From NCBI GenBank assembly GCA_038233055.1, contig JBBSMS010000002.1, forward strand, positions 17,468-81,467: a stretch of 64,000 nt of DNA. The letters run 5' to 3'. Under the pieces are notes generated by a model. It was not told where the DNA came from. It did no database searches and worked only from the letters and a program-made list of their open reading frames with translations. This DNA is from Nitriliruptorales bacterium (GTDB lineage: Bacteria; Actinomycetota; Nitriliruptoria; Nitriliruptorales; Nitriliruptoraceae). Shown here one piece after another: positions 63,952-64,000 of this stretch (positions are counted from its first letter, which is position 1; each line of letters opens with the position of its first letter). A program made the translations under genes and the position numbers.

Positions 63952-64000
63952 CGGCAGGCCTCGGTCGTGGACCCGGACAGCCTACGGTTCGTTGACGACC

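Overview
GC-rich actinobacterial chromosome segment; gene content suggests a deep-branching lineage such as Nitriliruptoria (inference). 1-4750 is a decayed island at the 3' end of tRNA-Arg(TCT). It holds a dead tyrosine-integrase remnant, PNPOx-like and DUF427 fragments, an MFS transporter, a small secreted His/Cys peptide gene and a lower-GC Xre/MbcA-type antitoxin + RES toxin pair. Next come tRNA-Gly, tRNA-Pro and the core block tig-clpP-clpX-(FkbM)-valS-(M50 protease)-folC-ndk-(radC-like, inverted)-mreBCD-mrdA-rodA-radical SAM pair-rne. After that: an AbiEi/DUF559 nuclease-like gene bracketed by pairs of 41-bp palindromic repeats, doxX, a heterodimeric ABC exporter, a sucrase-ferredoxin, rplU-rpmA-obgE-proB, ktrB-ktrA, an orphan sensor-like protein, lemA-DUF2207 and an Rpf-LysM gene. 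The window ends with a PyrR-site-led pyrR-pyrB-pyrC-carA-carB-pyrK-pyrD operon, an NCS2 permease, a truncated SnoaL gene beside a 50-aa zinc-finger ORF, an S66 peptidase, an aminotransferase, pyrE and menB. The best candidate for an undescribed system is the DUF559 gene with its repeat-spacer-repeat flanks, plus a solo copy of the same repeat about 27 kb away. No canonical CRISPR-cas or rRNA was seen. All product calls come from motif recognition by eye, not from database searches.
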